Shown here: piece after piece, positions 39,036 to 50,982 of the stretch
How the letters are laid out: each line of letters starts with the position of its first letter
Numbering within the stretch: the first letter of the stretch is position 1
Assembly: GCF_037042905.1 (NCBI RefSeq)
Contig: NC_087251.1
Span: 48,734,001-48,798,000, forward strand
DNA from: Lytechinus pictus
Lineage: Eukaryota
Reading direction: 5' to 3'
DNA length: 64,000 bases
Translations under genes and position numbers: made by a program
The notes under the pieces: generated by a model
What the model was told of the DNA's origin: nothing
Database searches by the model: none
The model's input: only the letters and a program-made list of their open reading frames with translations

Positions 39036-42000
39036 TGTATACATCATGCTCAATAAAACAGATCACTATGGTCCAGACAACTTTTTTTCATTTTTTCTTT
39101 CGTATGAGTTTAGAATAGGCTTACTTGTAACACAAATTGAATTTTCAAAAAAAAAAATTATATAAGTACACTACACTACAACAATGAAGGAATTTCCAAG
39201 AACACCATGCATATCAATCACTCCCAAATGTCTTAACTTGTGATTTTAGTGGGGGTAATGTTGAAAGATCCCCATCCACAAGAACTTTTGTGTCAATCAT
39301 CCCCCCCAACCAGGAATACCGATCGACACCCATGGGTGGTTGTACTATAGGGTTCGGCATTTGGTTGCTTGGTTAAAGCTATTGTTGCTTTGTTTTTGCG
39401 GACGCCTTTCACAATTCAATTCTGGTTGTTAGGATTTGGAATTTAGTCAATATGGCTAGTATAGAGAGAATGAAGGAGTTTTCTACTTTAGGTAGAGAGA
39501 TGGGACTTAGTGGAGGCAAGTGGAATGGAGATAATGCATTTTTATAGTGATTGATTCTCCTCGCTTAAAATATAAATAATGAATAAAACCCCTTGGTTTA
39601 ATGTCTTAGGTAGTCTATTGCTGTTAGACAAATTTGCTTAAATGAAAGATACATGATACAGATTAATATTGTTCTATTATTTGAACTTTGGATTTCTGAT
39701 CGAATATTTATATCGCATGTGCTTTAATTGGAGAAGTTGTTCGCATGGTTTGTGTATGCTCGCTAGGAGATACACGTTAGGGTGCTCACTGGGAGGCTCT
39801 AGGTTTGACATTGGATGTCAGGTTTTATGTGAAGGCTTATAATTAAGCGGTTTATGGATACTAAATTATATTGCATTAAATTGGTGGTGTTCCGCATGTT
39901 TGGATATGGCTCTCAGCTAAGCGCAAGAAACGTTAGACTGAAGGCCCTGGATCGCCATGTGGAAAGGATTTTGCCAAATTTTTATTGCAATCAGAAATTC
40001 AAAATAACAAATTAAGAGGAAATTGTCCTTTTAAAGAGGCAATATTGCATTTGATAGGCTTTAGATATTGCGTATAGTGGATAGGTGTTTCGCATGGTTG
40101 AATTTGTACGCTCATTGGGAGGTACGTTCTAGTGTGCTTACTGGAAGGTACAAGGGGTTCTGGCATTTGTTGCCAGGTTTTTGCGAAAACTGAAAGCCAA
40201 GAATTAATATTTAAATTTTGTCAGATTTTAATGTTTACTCATTATATAATTCATTGTAGCAGATTAAAGGTTTATCAACTCTTGGTGAGGAGATATGTTT
40301 TTGTGGATGGAACTTATTTAGTTTTGTCTCACTGGCGCTGTCAGGTGACAAAATGCGAGAGAGCGCGAATTCCAAAAAAAAATGTAATGAAGAATGAGCG
40401 TACACGCTCGGACTTCTATTGGAGCAAATCCAATTGTTCGAATTTACCACAGTAAATTGCCATTTAGGTTGCACAACCCATAACATAATAATACATTTTT
40501 GGTCACATGCTCAAGGCGCTTAGAAAAGATCATCATAGGGTTTAATGAATTAAATAAACACGTAGTTAAGATTAACAAAAACATTTCAAATTACATTCAA
40601 ATATGAATTATTTCATTTATATGATTATTACATGACATATACTTCATGAAGGTTTTCTCATTTCTTTCAGGAATTCTGGAACCAGCACACAGCGTTCACG
40701 CTTTAACGGGCTCTTTGCTGTTCTGTAACTTTAGGTTAACTTAAGGAAACTGTGTTTGGTAGGGCTTAGTTATACATAGTATAGGTTAGTTTAGGGCCGA
40801 TAGGTTTTAGTTAAGTTGATTTAACATTGTAATCGTAGTTATAAGAAAACCGTAAATCTTGTTATTCTTGCAAAATTAAAATAAGCCATTTTTTTATTAC
40901 TAAAAAAAAAACATTTTTTAGTCATTATAATGACACTATTGGGAAATGTTTGGTCTAAATATATATAAATCACTAATAAAAGGAAATACTTCTTAAAGTC
41001 TAATTCTTTGTCGATTTCCAAATCATGTTGAATATAATCGACAATTATTGAAATGATACACTGCTTTCTAGCAAGTTCAGAAGTGTTCTAAATTATACAC
41101 TGCATTTTGGCAGGTTCAGAATTGTTCTGAAACATAGATTGCATTTTAACACGGTTAGGAATGAAATGAAGACAAAAAAATTACTGACTAGTCAGGATTT
41201 GAAAAAGGAATCATGTTATATCTTATTATACATAAACCTATATCATGTATATCGTCTCTCAAATTATGGGACACCTTGTATGTTTTCATGCAATGTCGTT
41301 ATGTCAATTGTCAATTTTCATTAAAAAAAAGATTACTTGATTCGGAAAAGATGGAATGATTTTCGATTAGGGTATAGCAGTGTTTAAAGTTGTAAGATAT
41401 TTGAAGTTTGCAAATGCAGGATGTATAATTTTTAAACCATAATAGCAATGGTAAAAATCACTTTACAGTTTTGAGATAAGTTTACTGATTTTTGGTTTAA
41501 AAGCTATGCAGTTTTGAAGCACCGTACTTAAAAAAAATGTATTTCAAGAAGTTTGCTGAATTTGATAATTCTCTCTATTGATCTTTTACAAAACAAAACA
41601 AACAGGATTTTCATAGATTGTAGAAATCAATTCAAAACAGTTTTGCTAAACACATTGATATTTGGACATTTTTATCTTTGAAAAACGATATGTTTAAAAA
41701 TATTGTTTAAACAAAGATGGCTTATTGGAAATAAGCTCTTGTATATTTCTATACATGTTATGTCTTTATATGTATCACTGAATATTAGATAAAATATTCG
41801 TTCTATGATATGGATAATTAACATTTTCATGAAACATTATGATATAAATTTGATTAATATCTTGTTAAAAGAGACTCTGTTATAAATTTCTTTAACGGAT
41901 ATAATTCAAGTTCCCTTAATTTCATCTTAAGGTGGGGGATATTGTCAGGAAAGAAATTTAGATTTTGAACATGTGTTAAACATATTTACTTGGTCCAGGT

Positions 42001-42954
42001 TAGGATAGGCTTATAGACAAGCATGTACATATGTTTTTAATATTTCAAAAGCAAGCGTTGGAAACGTTTGATACGTACCCCCCCCCCCCTTAAAGTACAA
42101 GTGTACCAGGTTGATGTCATATTTTGTACAGGTGTTAGAAATATTCTTAATAGGTGAAGCATTTTCATACAGGTGTCATAAATAGCCAATACAGTGCTCT
42201 AGCATTGATGAGTGTAGATGTACAGATACACAGGAAGTGTCTTTTATTAATAAGAATGTGTTGCTTTATGCACTCATCTGTCATTGAAATTCTTTGAATT
42301 ACTTTATAGAAATTTTACAGTTAGTCCTAGAAACGGTAGGGTATATTAGAAGGTTAATTTCAGTAATTCAGGGATAACCACCTAAGCTAGAATAGACCAC
42401 ATATGTTAGAATAGGCAGTCGAAGTTAAAACGGAGGGACAACGTCGGTGACAACGATCCCAGCTGCCGCCGGTTCTCCACCGACATAATTGGTCAAATTC
42501 ATGTCATCATTGGGGGCTCGATCTCGTCCACTAATTTGTCGAAGCTACATCTCTCCGATCTGGGGGCTACTCATCAAGGGGCAACACTGTCTGCGGAGGC
42601 CGAGGCCGAGTGGAAGAGACATCGCAAGCTGCGGAGGCCAAGAACTGGACCGACCACCAGGGCCGAGTGGGGCATGTCAGGCCAGAAGAGATGATGGGGG
42701 CTCGAGTCAACTATTATTATTAAGTTAAGTTATATTTTGTTATCAATATTCATGTATATTTTCATGTACAATTACTGTAAAACAAATCAAAAGGAAACAA
42801 CATAATGATTTAAGAGATTTGATTAAATCTTTTAATAACTATTTATCAGTTTTACGTATTCCATATTTGGTGTCAAGCAGCAGTAAGTAAATAATAAAAA
42901 AAAGTCACTCCCACGTGACAGAGGGGTGATTTTTATTTTCAGATATTAAGAGCT

Positions 42955-44120
42955 TGATTCCAAAAGGAGCTAAATCCACTTTTGACCAAAATTGATCTTT
43001 GACGTGGGAATCAAATGCAACATATCGTATTTGAATTTTTTTGGGAAAGGTTGGTAAAAATTGATTGCAAATTTTAGTTTTGTTCCAAAAGGAGCTAAAT
43101 CCAAAAAAGTTGTGTTCCAAAAGGAGCTAAATCCAATCTGTTATTCAAAAATTGTTATTTTCCTATTTTACATAGAGTTATGCATTTATATTTTTAGGTA
43201 CATTTGTGGATACAAGTTTACACCATCAGTGCAAATTTTGCTGAAAATAACAGAATTTTACAATTTTTATCAATATTTTTGGATTTAGCTCCTTTTGGAA
43301 TTAGATATCGAAAAGTCGCCGTCCTTAGAAAAGATGACAAAATATTGTTTTTCTTTTTGTAATTTTCAATGGATATACGTCAGAAAAGATGTGAAATGTA
43401 TTCTGCTAGTCATATGTATGTGTTTCGTGTTCAATTTCCAATATCAAACATGTTTAAATTGGCAGAAATTTTACAAGGGTTTTGTTCCGAAAGGAGCTAA
43501 ATCCATGAAAATACAATTTCAACATTTGTTAAAAAATTTATAATGAATGCTAGATTTTAGAAATCATGATTTAATTAATCTAAAGGCCACCGCACACCTT
43601 ACGACTGTTCGCGATCCGATTTTGGAACAAATCGAATTTTGCTCATTTTCTGAAAATGTGAATGGAACATATCATTTTATTTGAGGTTAAAATTAATTGA
43701 AAGAATACTAATCTAACCATTTTGAAAGATTGCAAGCCTTTCTTTTGGAGTAAAGGCCAAATAAATTTCAAATCGTAGCCAATCGTACGACTGCTATGAC
43801 GTCATTACGACTAGATATTAAATTTGCTTTTATTCTAAGAAGGATGATAGCATAGTCACATATTTGAACATATGTATTCGTACGATGATTTCGAACATTA
43901 CACAGTAAGATATTCCAAGTCTCAATATTAGCATCAACTTCTATACGTTTTATTCCAAAATTGAGTCGCAGACCAGTCGTAAGGTGTGCGGTGGCCTTAA
44001 GATGATAGTACTGTCATATATGTCAAAATAAAACAGCAGTGGTTATAGAAAAGTAGTGAATTAAAAAACCTTGATTTACAGGAAAATACCAAAAGTGGAT
44101 TTAGCTTCTTTTGGAACAAT
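42955..44120. mobile_element. Unclassified TIR element with repeated TTCCAAAAGGAGCTAAATCCA motif
   Basis: TTCCAAAAGGAGCTAAATCCACTTTTG at ~42958 is inverted at ~44090-44117; the motif recurs internally at ~43083, 43115, 43280 (inverted) and 43485. TSD not resolved. Confidence 0.6.
43584..43997. mobile_element. PIF/Harbinger-type MITE (nested)
   Basis: TAA|AGGCCACCGCACACCTTACGACTG ... CAGTCGTAAGGTGTGCGGTGGCCT|TAA. Confidence 0.88.
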
Positions 44121-46623
44121 AATTTTTCAGGAAAAAAAGTGACACCCCCATAAAAATTTGCGGTTTTTTAAAATAGTTTATCATTCAAAGCATTCATCCT
44201 GTTCAGAGCAGAAGGTATTGTTAGATATTTTCCTATTAAATCAGTTGTTACCTGTTGTTTTTGCCCCCCCCCCCCTCCCCCGTCATCATTCATCTTTAAA
44301 AAGTGCAAAGATGAGTTCATTTAATTCTATCATACTCAAGAAAAGACTACACCAGACTATACATTTCTCTATTTTGCCCACTCTTTCCAGTAAAAAAAAA
44401 TCTTCGCTGGTTTTACGTTGAAGGCATTCGTTGTTTTCATAAACATCAACTGAATAATTCCGGAGACGAAAGGACGTCTGCTAGGATGGCGCTGACGAGT
44501 TATCGATTTTTATCATTCTACAGTTTCTACTCATCTGCAGTAAAACATTTGATTTTTAGGGAATAAACATTGACATGCCTTAATACTTTCCTCCTACAAA
44601 ATTACTGTGTGTTTTAAACTCTCGTGTCAGTCAAGATAAGATAATTCACAATAAATCGCCAACCATTTTTTGGCAAGCCTATTACGTTTCAATTAGTATT
44701 CTTGCGGGTTTGTTTATATCGCATAGGCCACTGGCGTACTGATGGTGTTTTGGGGCTTCTAGGGCTCTGACTCGCCTTACCCCAAAAAAGTTCTACTAAC
44801 AAGAAAAAAATAAGGAAGAATAGGAAGGCGGAAAATGCAGGGTAATGTTAACAATGATAATTTTTTAAAGAATATTTTTCAAACTTGTATCCACGTTGGA
44901 GTTTTATTATTTTAACTGCAAACATTAAGAACCAGGCACATTACATGCTTGAGTATAACAAGGAAATCCACATTTTTACTATGATGATATGTCTTGTATT
45001 TTACCATTATGTAGTGTCTTCTCGTCGTTTTCTTTTTTCTTTCTATTCAGTTCTCTCCCTCCCCCTCCCCCTCTCTCTCTATCTTTCTTTCTCCCTCGCT
45101 CTTAGTTCTCCTACTGTATTTTAAATTGATGCTTCCATCATTATTAGCTTTAACCAAGCCATTGTATAATTATGTATTTTGCTCCCTTTTCATATTTGGA
45201 CATAGTTCTCAAGCTTATGAAGATACTCTCATGCATATGTATACAATACCTTAATGATTATACCAATGACAAATGTTATGTAATGCTGATAACGATGTTT
45301 ATAGGCTTATATGAATACAAATCAAAACCAAAGCAATTAATGATAATAATGATAATGATAAGGACAACAAAACCGAGAATGACAACAATTACGATAACTA
45401 TTAGGCTTATTATGATAATAATTATGATAAATTTTGCCTTATATACATGTACACCTCGCAGAAAAATATACAATACACTTGCCAACAGATTTTGACAAAA
45501 TTATCTGCAGTTTTCAATTAAAGTTAAAGTTTAGGATAAAATGGAGAAAGCTTTATAAACTGCTAATAGACTACACGTATTCAAATCGGAATGTTCAGAT
45601 TAAGTTAACCATTTAATTACACGGAGCTTGCTTCTGATACATCGTTTTATGGTATTAAATGTATATTGTGTTTTATTCTATATTTCACACAAAAAGCAGT
45701 GAATTTATTGCGTAGCACACTGACTAATTTATTGCGTATTCTGCAAACATAATTATGGTAGCCATATGGTTATTTAAGAGCGGATAACCATTATTATGAC
45801 TAAATCATTAAACTATTAGTATATGCCATGAGATTTATTTTTAAAATGGGAGGTAAATTTATAAATGTCGTCTTCAGCCGTTGCCATGTCAACGGATTAA
45901 TTTCGAAGAAAATAAGAGACATTCCCCTGTGGATGGTTAAGAATGGTATGAATTACCCGGTAGAAAAATTTCAAGATTCCAATTACATATGAATGAAATT
46001 AACAAATGTTTAGGATCATCCAAATAGTTCCAATTTGGCCTGTTGCCATGGTAACGGCTTATTTTCCCCCAGAAAAGTACAATTTTTCAGGAAAATTGCA
46101 GAATCTGATTAAAATTTCATTTCATCTAATTTTAGGGTGCTAACAGAGATACGTTGGTTGCTGAATGTATTAATAACATCTTAAGCCATTGTCATGGCAA
46201 CCAAATAACATGTGATTTGCAAAAAAAAAATGGACAGGTGGAAAATACTTAAAAATTCATAATGAAAAATTAACTTAATGCATAAGGATTGACCCATTCT
46301 ACTTAATTTTGAAAAAAAAAATACAGTACGTGTTCTGCATGAGATCATTAGAATGATAAAATTTATGTTGCCTTTTGTTTGAATTTAGTGATAAATATCA
46401 ATGTCACAAATGGCCCATAGCCATGGCAATGGCTAATTTTCCTTTCAGAAAACTACCCAAAAAAATATAATCCTATTTTTCTTTCATTTCTCATAATTAT
46501 CTAGAGTCTATGCTAAACGTTGATATGCTGTTGGTTAATGTGTAAATAACATCGTTTGCCATCGCCAAGGCAATCGAATAACATATAATATATCAGTTCC
46601 TAATCATCGTGCATTGCCCTTAA

Positions 46624-47302
46624 AGGTCAAGTTCACCCCCAAAAAAAATAATGGTGATTTGAATCTATTGAGAAAAATTCAAAGCATAACTCCGAAAATT
46701 TCATCAAAATCGAATGTAAAATAAGAAATTTATGACATGTCAAAATTTCGCTCATTTTTCACAAAGCTATGCACAAGCTTTGTCCCTCACTTACTATTCT
46801 TATTTTTCATCTTTTGAATTATACAATATTTCATTTTTCACAGATTTGACAATAAGAAACAACTAGACTGAACCATATTAAGACAATGGTAATCCCACAC
46901 GTTAAGGGAAGAATAAAACTTTTGTTTCACAAGACAATGAAAAGAAAATTAGAATATTTCATATTTAAACAAAATGCTAAAGAAATAGTGAGCGGGTGAC
47001 ATCACCAGTTCCCTCATTTGCATACCGATCAGAGTCCCGTAGCATTAACGTTAGCGATTAAACACACGCTTGACTTTTACGATTAATTGTACATTGTAGT
47101 CAATGCAATCAATGATTTGCTGAGCTTTGTGTTACGGGCCCCAGGATGTGCATATAATTGCTTTGTGAAATAAAGCGAAACTAAAAAAAATGCCATAGCT
47201 TTCTTATTATACATTAATTTTTTGATGAAATTTTCAGTGTTATGCTTGTTGGATTTTCCTCTTTTTATTCGAATCAACTTTTTGCTGCGGTGGACTTGCC
47301 CA
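46624..47302. mobile_element. Kolobok-type MITE (related to 59698-60301) containing a small CAG-TSD MITE at 47033-47141
   Basis: TTAA|AGGTCAAGTTCACCCC left end; right end GGTGGACTTGCCC is degenerate. The inner element is flanked by CAG...CAG and is related to ~26862-27005. Confidence 0.7.
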
Positions 47303-47366
47303 ATAAGGATCTTTTGATTGAAATAGTACGCCCAATGGTAAACTTGCGTGACGTTGGTCCAAATGA

Positions 47367-47642
47367 TCAGTTACGTCTGCATAACAGAATGTTCAATATG
47401 GTTGATCTGAACAACGGCTGCGACACGGCATACGATACTGGATTGAGTAGGCTGTTAAGATACGTCATCCACCCGAAGAATAGTCGACCGGGTCGTGGTA
47501 GTCCTGGCACGACGAGCACGGGTTCGATGGAGTAGATGAGCATGATGATGCTCTGGGGAAGCCACGATACGACGAAAGCAACGACGATGAAGAGGAGCGT
47601 CCTTGTGGCCTTGTGCATTTCGTTTGCGGATTCACGCTTAAT
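47367..47642 (-). CDS. Class A GPCR A (aminergic-like, histamine H3/muscarinic-related), exon 2: TM6-TM7
   Basis: Acceptor gaaacag|ATT, phase 0; KATRTLLFIVVAFVVSWLP (TM6), FGWMTYLNSLLNPVSY (NPxxY), helix 8 FRSTI; 276 nt including stop. Confidence 0.9.
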   Translation of the reverse strand: MKRESANEMHKATRTLLFIVVAFVVSWLPQSIIMLIYSIEPVLVVPGLPRPGRLFFGWMTYLNSLLNPVSYAVSQPLFRSTILNILLCRRN

Positions 47643-47671
47643 CTGTTTCAGAGACATAATGTGTTATTATA

Positions 47672-48495
47672 CAGTGCGTCCCACAAAAAACAAAACCGAG
47701 ATTTATCGATGATTTATCATAACTTAATCACAAATACAATAGATACATGACATACCATTGTAAAGCTTAGAATCTCGTCTTTCTTCTGAAATTACTTAGA
47801 TTATTCCTCATTCACGCATGAGTGAGCAAAAACAATTTGAAGAAAGGATACCAAAAAAATCATTTGGCGGGGGGTATCTGAATTTCAAAAAGAAAATCAC
47901 ATGCCTAAAAAGTTCAATATCTGCTCTTTTATTTTATACTTTAATCACAGAAAATGGTCAAGAAGTAAAAAAGTTCGGTTCCCTCGAAACAATGCTTGTA
48001 TTTCCATAATTTCATTAAATGAATGTGTTTTCGCCGGTTTCCCACAGAAGCTATCGCACGGTTAACAAAAGATTTAATGCATGGCTGGTCGTCAACAAAA
48101 CGGAGTGTCGAGTGACTCGGAACGCTAGCCTATAAAACCTCTTCATTTTATGAAATTATTGAAATTCAAGCTTTATTTCAAATAACCAGAACTTCGTTAT
48201 TTCTTGGCCATTTTCTGTAATTTAGGTATCAAATTAAAGAGCAGATATTGAACTTTATAAAAATGTGGTTTTCGATTTGAAACCCAGATACAGGCCGCCA
48301 AGTGACTTTTTGGTATCCCCTCTTCTAATTGTTTTTGCTCACTCATGCGTGAATGAAAAATAATTTTAGTAATTTCAGATGAAAGAGGGGATTCTATAAG
48401 CTTTAAAATGGTAGGTCACTTGTTTATTGTATTTGTGATTAAGTTATGAAAAATCATCGATAAATCTCGGTTTCGTTTTTTTCTGGGACGCACTG
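47672..48495. mobile_element. Tc1/mariner-derived MITE, copy 2, in the GPCR A intron
   Basis: TA|CAGTGCGTCCCAC...TGGGACGCACTG|TA; colinear with 27249-28048. Confidence 0.9.
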
Positions 48496-49154
48496 TATTT
48501 AGTCCGAGGGGTTAAAATAAATAAATTATTCAATGCAATTAAAGTAATTGTGATATACCTACGATATAGTTATTAATCATTTCATATGCACAAAAAACTT
48601 ATCCAGGGGTTACTAAATGGAATGACCGGTGGAGTGGATAATGCCTTCATTCTCATCCAAAGGCCAAAGAGAATAAAAATACTATAGAATGGAGGAAAAT
48701 ATACAAATCCGTAAAATGAAAAAAATATATACTCCAAAAAGTCGAGTGAATAATTCACTCATCGGAGGGAGTGAACTAAAGTTCACTGATTAGAATTAGA
48801 GTGACTTCCACTTGTTGTTGAGTGAATTTCATTCTTTTAAAAGTAAAATTTGTATTAAATATTAGTTCGTTCACTCTAAATTCACTACAAATTGAGTGAC
48901 TGCTGACGTCACTACCAAGGGGGGAGGAACAGCGAGTGAAAATTTCACTATTTTTACTATAAATGTGACAGATTACACTTTAAATGCTACATTAAGTCTT
49001 CCTAAAAAGTTTTTTTACTATTCTGTCGAAGAGTTTTTAATGAATATAACTTAGGCCTTTTCTAGTTCGTGGGACTTTCCGAGAAGAATAAAATGGTTTC
49101 ATAGATTTCCAAAGTAAATGTTGGAAGCATTGAAAACAGTGGGACTATACTTAC

Positions 49155-50057
49155 TGTCGCTTTCTTTGGTTTGTTGACAGCATTTCCGTTGTCCATCTTT
49201 GGTTCCTGACCAAGATTATCGGACGAGAGGTCTACATTTATGGTGACAGTACTGACTGCGGACGTCATGTCATCGTGGGGTAAGTCCACCTTGATCTTTT
49301 CCTTGCTTACATCCTTCATGGCAAACTTTCTTTGGACATTCTTTGATCCAAGAGTGGTTTGAATTTTGGCGACGATTCTGAAATAGAGTACAGCGATGAT
49401 GGTGAATGGTAGGTAAAAGAGCGTGATGGACGGGATGATGGCAAGGAGGGGTGTTAAGGTGTACCAGCGAAGGCAGTGGCGACCGTTATCGAACCCGAGG
49501 ATGTACTCCGGGGTGGTGATGTAGAGGAACCAAAATATGAATGACACAATCCAAGGGATGGTGTTTTTGATCACGGCCGTTTGTTTACTTCTCGACATGA
49601 AATGGTTGATGGGGTCGTAGGTGGCCCGATGTCGATCAGCGCAGATCACGACCACGGCGAGGTTCGAGGCGTTGAGAATGCCCGACCGGATAGCCGAAGT
49701 CACCTTGCAGATATCATGAGAGAACGGGTAGTAACCGATGTGTGTGTGGACAACAGTTGGGATGAGAAACACACCGGTTATAAGGTCGAGGATGGTTAAG
49801 TTAATGATGAAGTAGTTGTTGTATGTTCGGAGTCGTTTCTCGAGGCAGAAGGCTAAGAAACTTAAAGAGTTTGCGAAGATGATGAGAACTGTAAAGAGGA
49901 TAGGCCATAGGATCCCGTGGATGTTCACTGAGCGAGATCTAAGCTCAGGAATTGTGGCCTCAAATGTCATCTCTGTTGAGTTTTCGTAATAATCTTGAAT
50001 TTGCATTGTCGAATAAATTGTCGGTTCTGAAGCATTTCGGGTATTAAGACCCTCCAT
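49155..50057 (-). CDS. Class A GPCR A, exon 1: N-terminus to third intracellular loop
   Basis: ATG at 50057 (MEGLNTRNAS, N-glycosylation sequons); AN in TM1; LRTYNNYFIINLTILD (TM2); C3.25; DRH; W4.50; FYLP (TM5); donor ACA|GTAAGT, phase 0; 903 nt; full protein 392 aa. Confidence 0.9.
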
Positions 50058-50770
50058 ATCAATTTTGGGCAATCGACACTGAAATATAACATGAATCGAA
50101 CAAATCCTTACGTCTTTGAGATGACGTGATTGAGAATAATCCCAGATGCTGACTATCCAAGTGATTATATAGATGCAAATCTCTCTCACACACACATACA
50201 GGCACACCCCACATACTCACACACACAGCTTTTCGCACAAGCACACTTTATTTTCTCCGATCAACTTAGAAGAACACTGGGAAAGAAAATATACTAGATC
50301 TGTTGAGACAATGTGATGAAGCAAATTGCGTAACCGATATCTGGGGCACTAGATCTATAAAATATCTTTTAAAAAAAATTATTGTGATTTTCTAGTCTCT
50401 TAGCAATCAAAATTTCACGAGACAGTCTACATGACGTCGCTATAGATTTCATAAAAGTACTTCCAAGGTTCTAGTTGTAAGCTAGGTAAAAAGGCTCCAA
50501 TGTTATGTGGGTATATATCGTTTAAGTGCCTCACATGAAAAGCATGGGCACGAACAATAGCTAAATGAAACGAAGTGCTCTACATGCACGCATTATGGAG
50601 AAAAGTTTGAAAGCCTTCAAGATAATGTGTTTTGAACTGCATTCTATCAAATTATGTCATTGTTTCGAGCAATGCGCGTTCTACCGTCTTTTCTAGGGGT
50701 CCTTACTATTCAACATGTTGGGTATACTTAATGAAAAAAATCTGTATTTGATACTGACTTTATACACCCA

Positions 50771-50982
50771 CACTCTAAATTCCAAGGATTTAAGATCGGC
50801 TGTGAATAGTGACCAGCCGAACATAAGGTTTAGTTTTAAACCTTATAGATTTAAATATAATTTAAAAGATTTGAATTTAAATCTTTTGAGATTTGAAAGA
50901 TAATTTAAAACATATCCAACATTCGGATGGTCAGTATCCACAGCCGATTTGGATTTATTTTAATTCCTTTGAATTAAGAGTG
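50771..50982. mobile_element. MITE with CAC...GTG termini
   Basis: CACTCTAAATTCCAAGGATTTAA / TTAATTCCTTTGAATTAAGAGTG plus an inner inverted repeat ATCGGCTGTG...GACCA / TGGTCA...CACAGCCGAT. Confidence 0.6.

Larger units (their letters stand above)
37519..39334. mobile_element. hAT-type non-autonomous element hosting nested insertions
   Basis: TIR CATGGGTGTCGATC / GATCGACACCCATG; exact 8-bp TSD GGTGGTTG at 37511-37518 and 39335-39342. Confidence 0.9.

Noticed and set aside
50058..50207. 50-aa N-terminal extension of GPCR A in the 381-aa ORF call
   Set aside because: It starts at a non-ATG codon in a (CA)n-like tract. The ATG at 50057 gives an exon exactly the length of the paralogue's.
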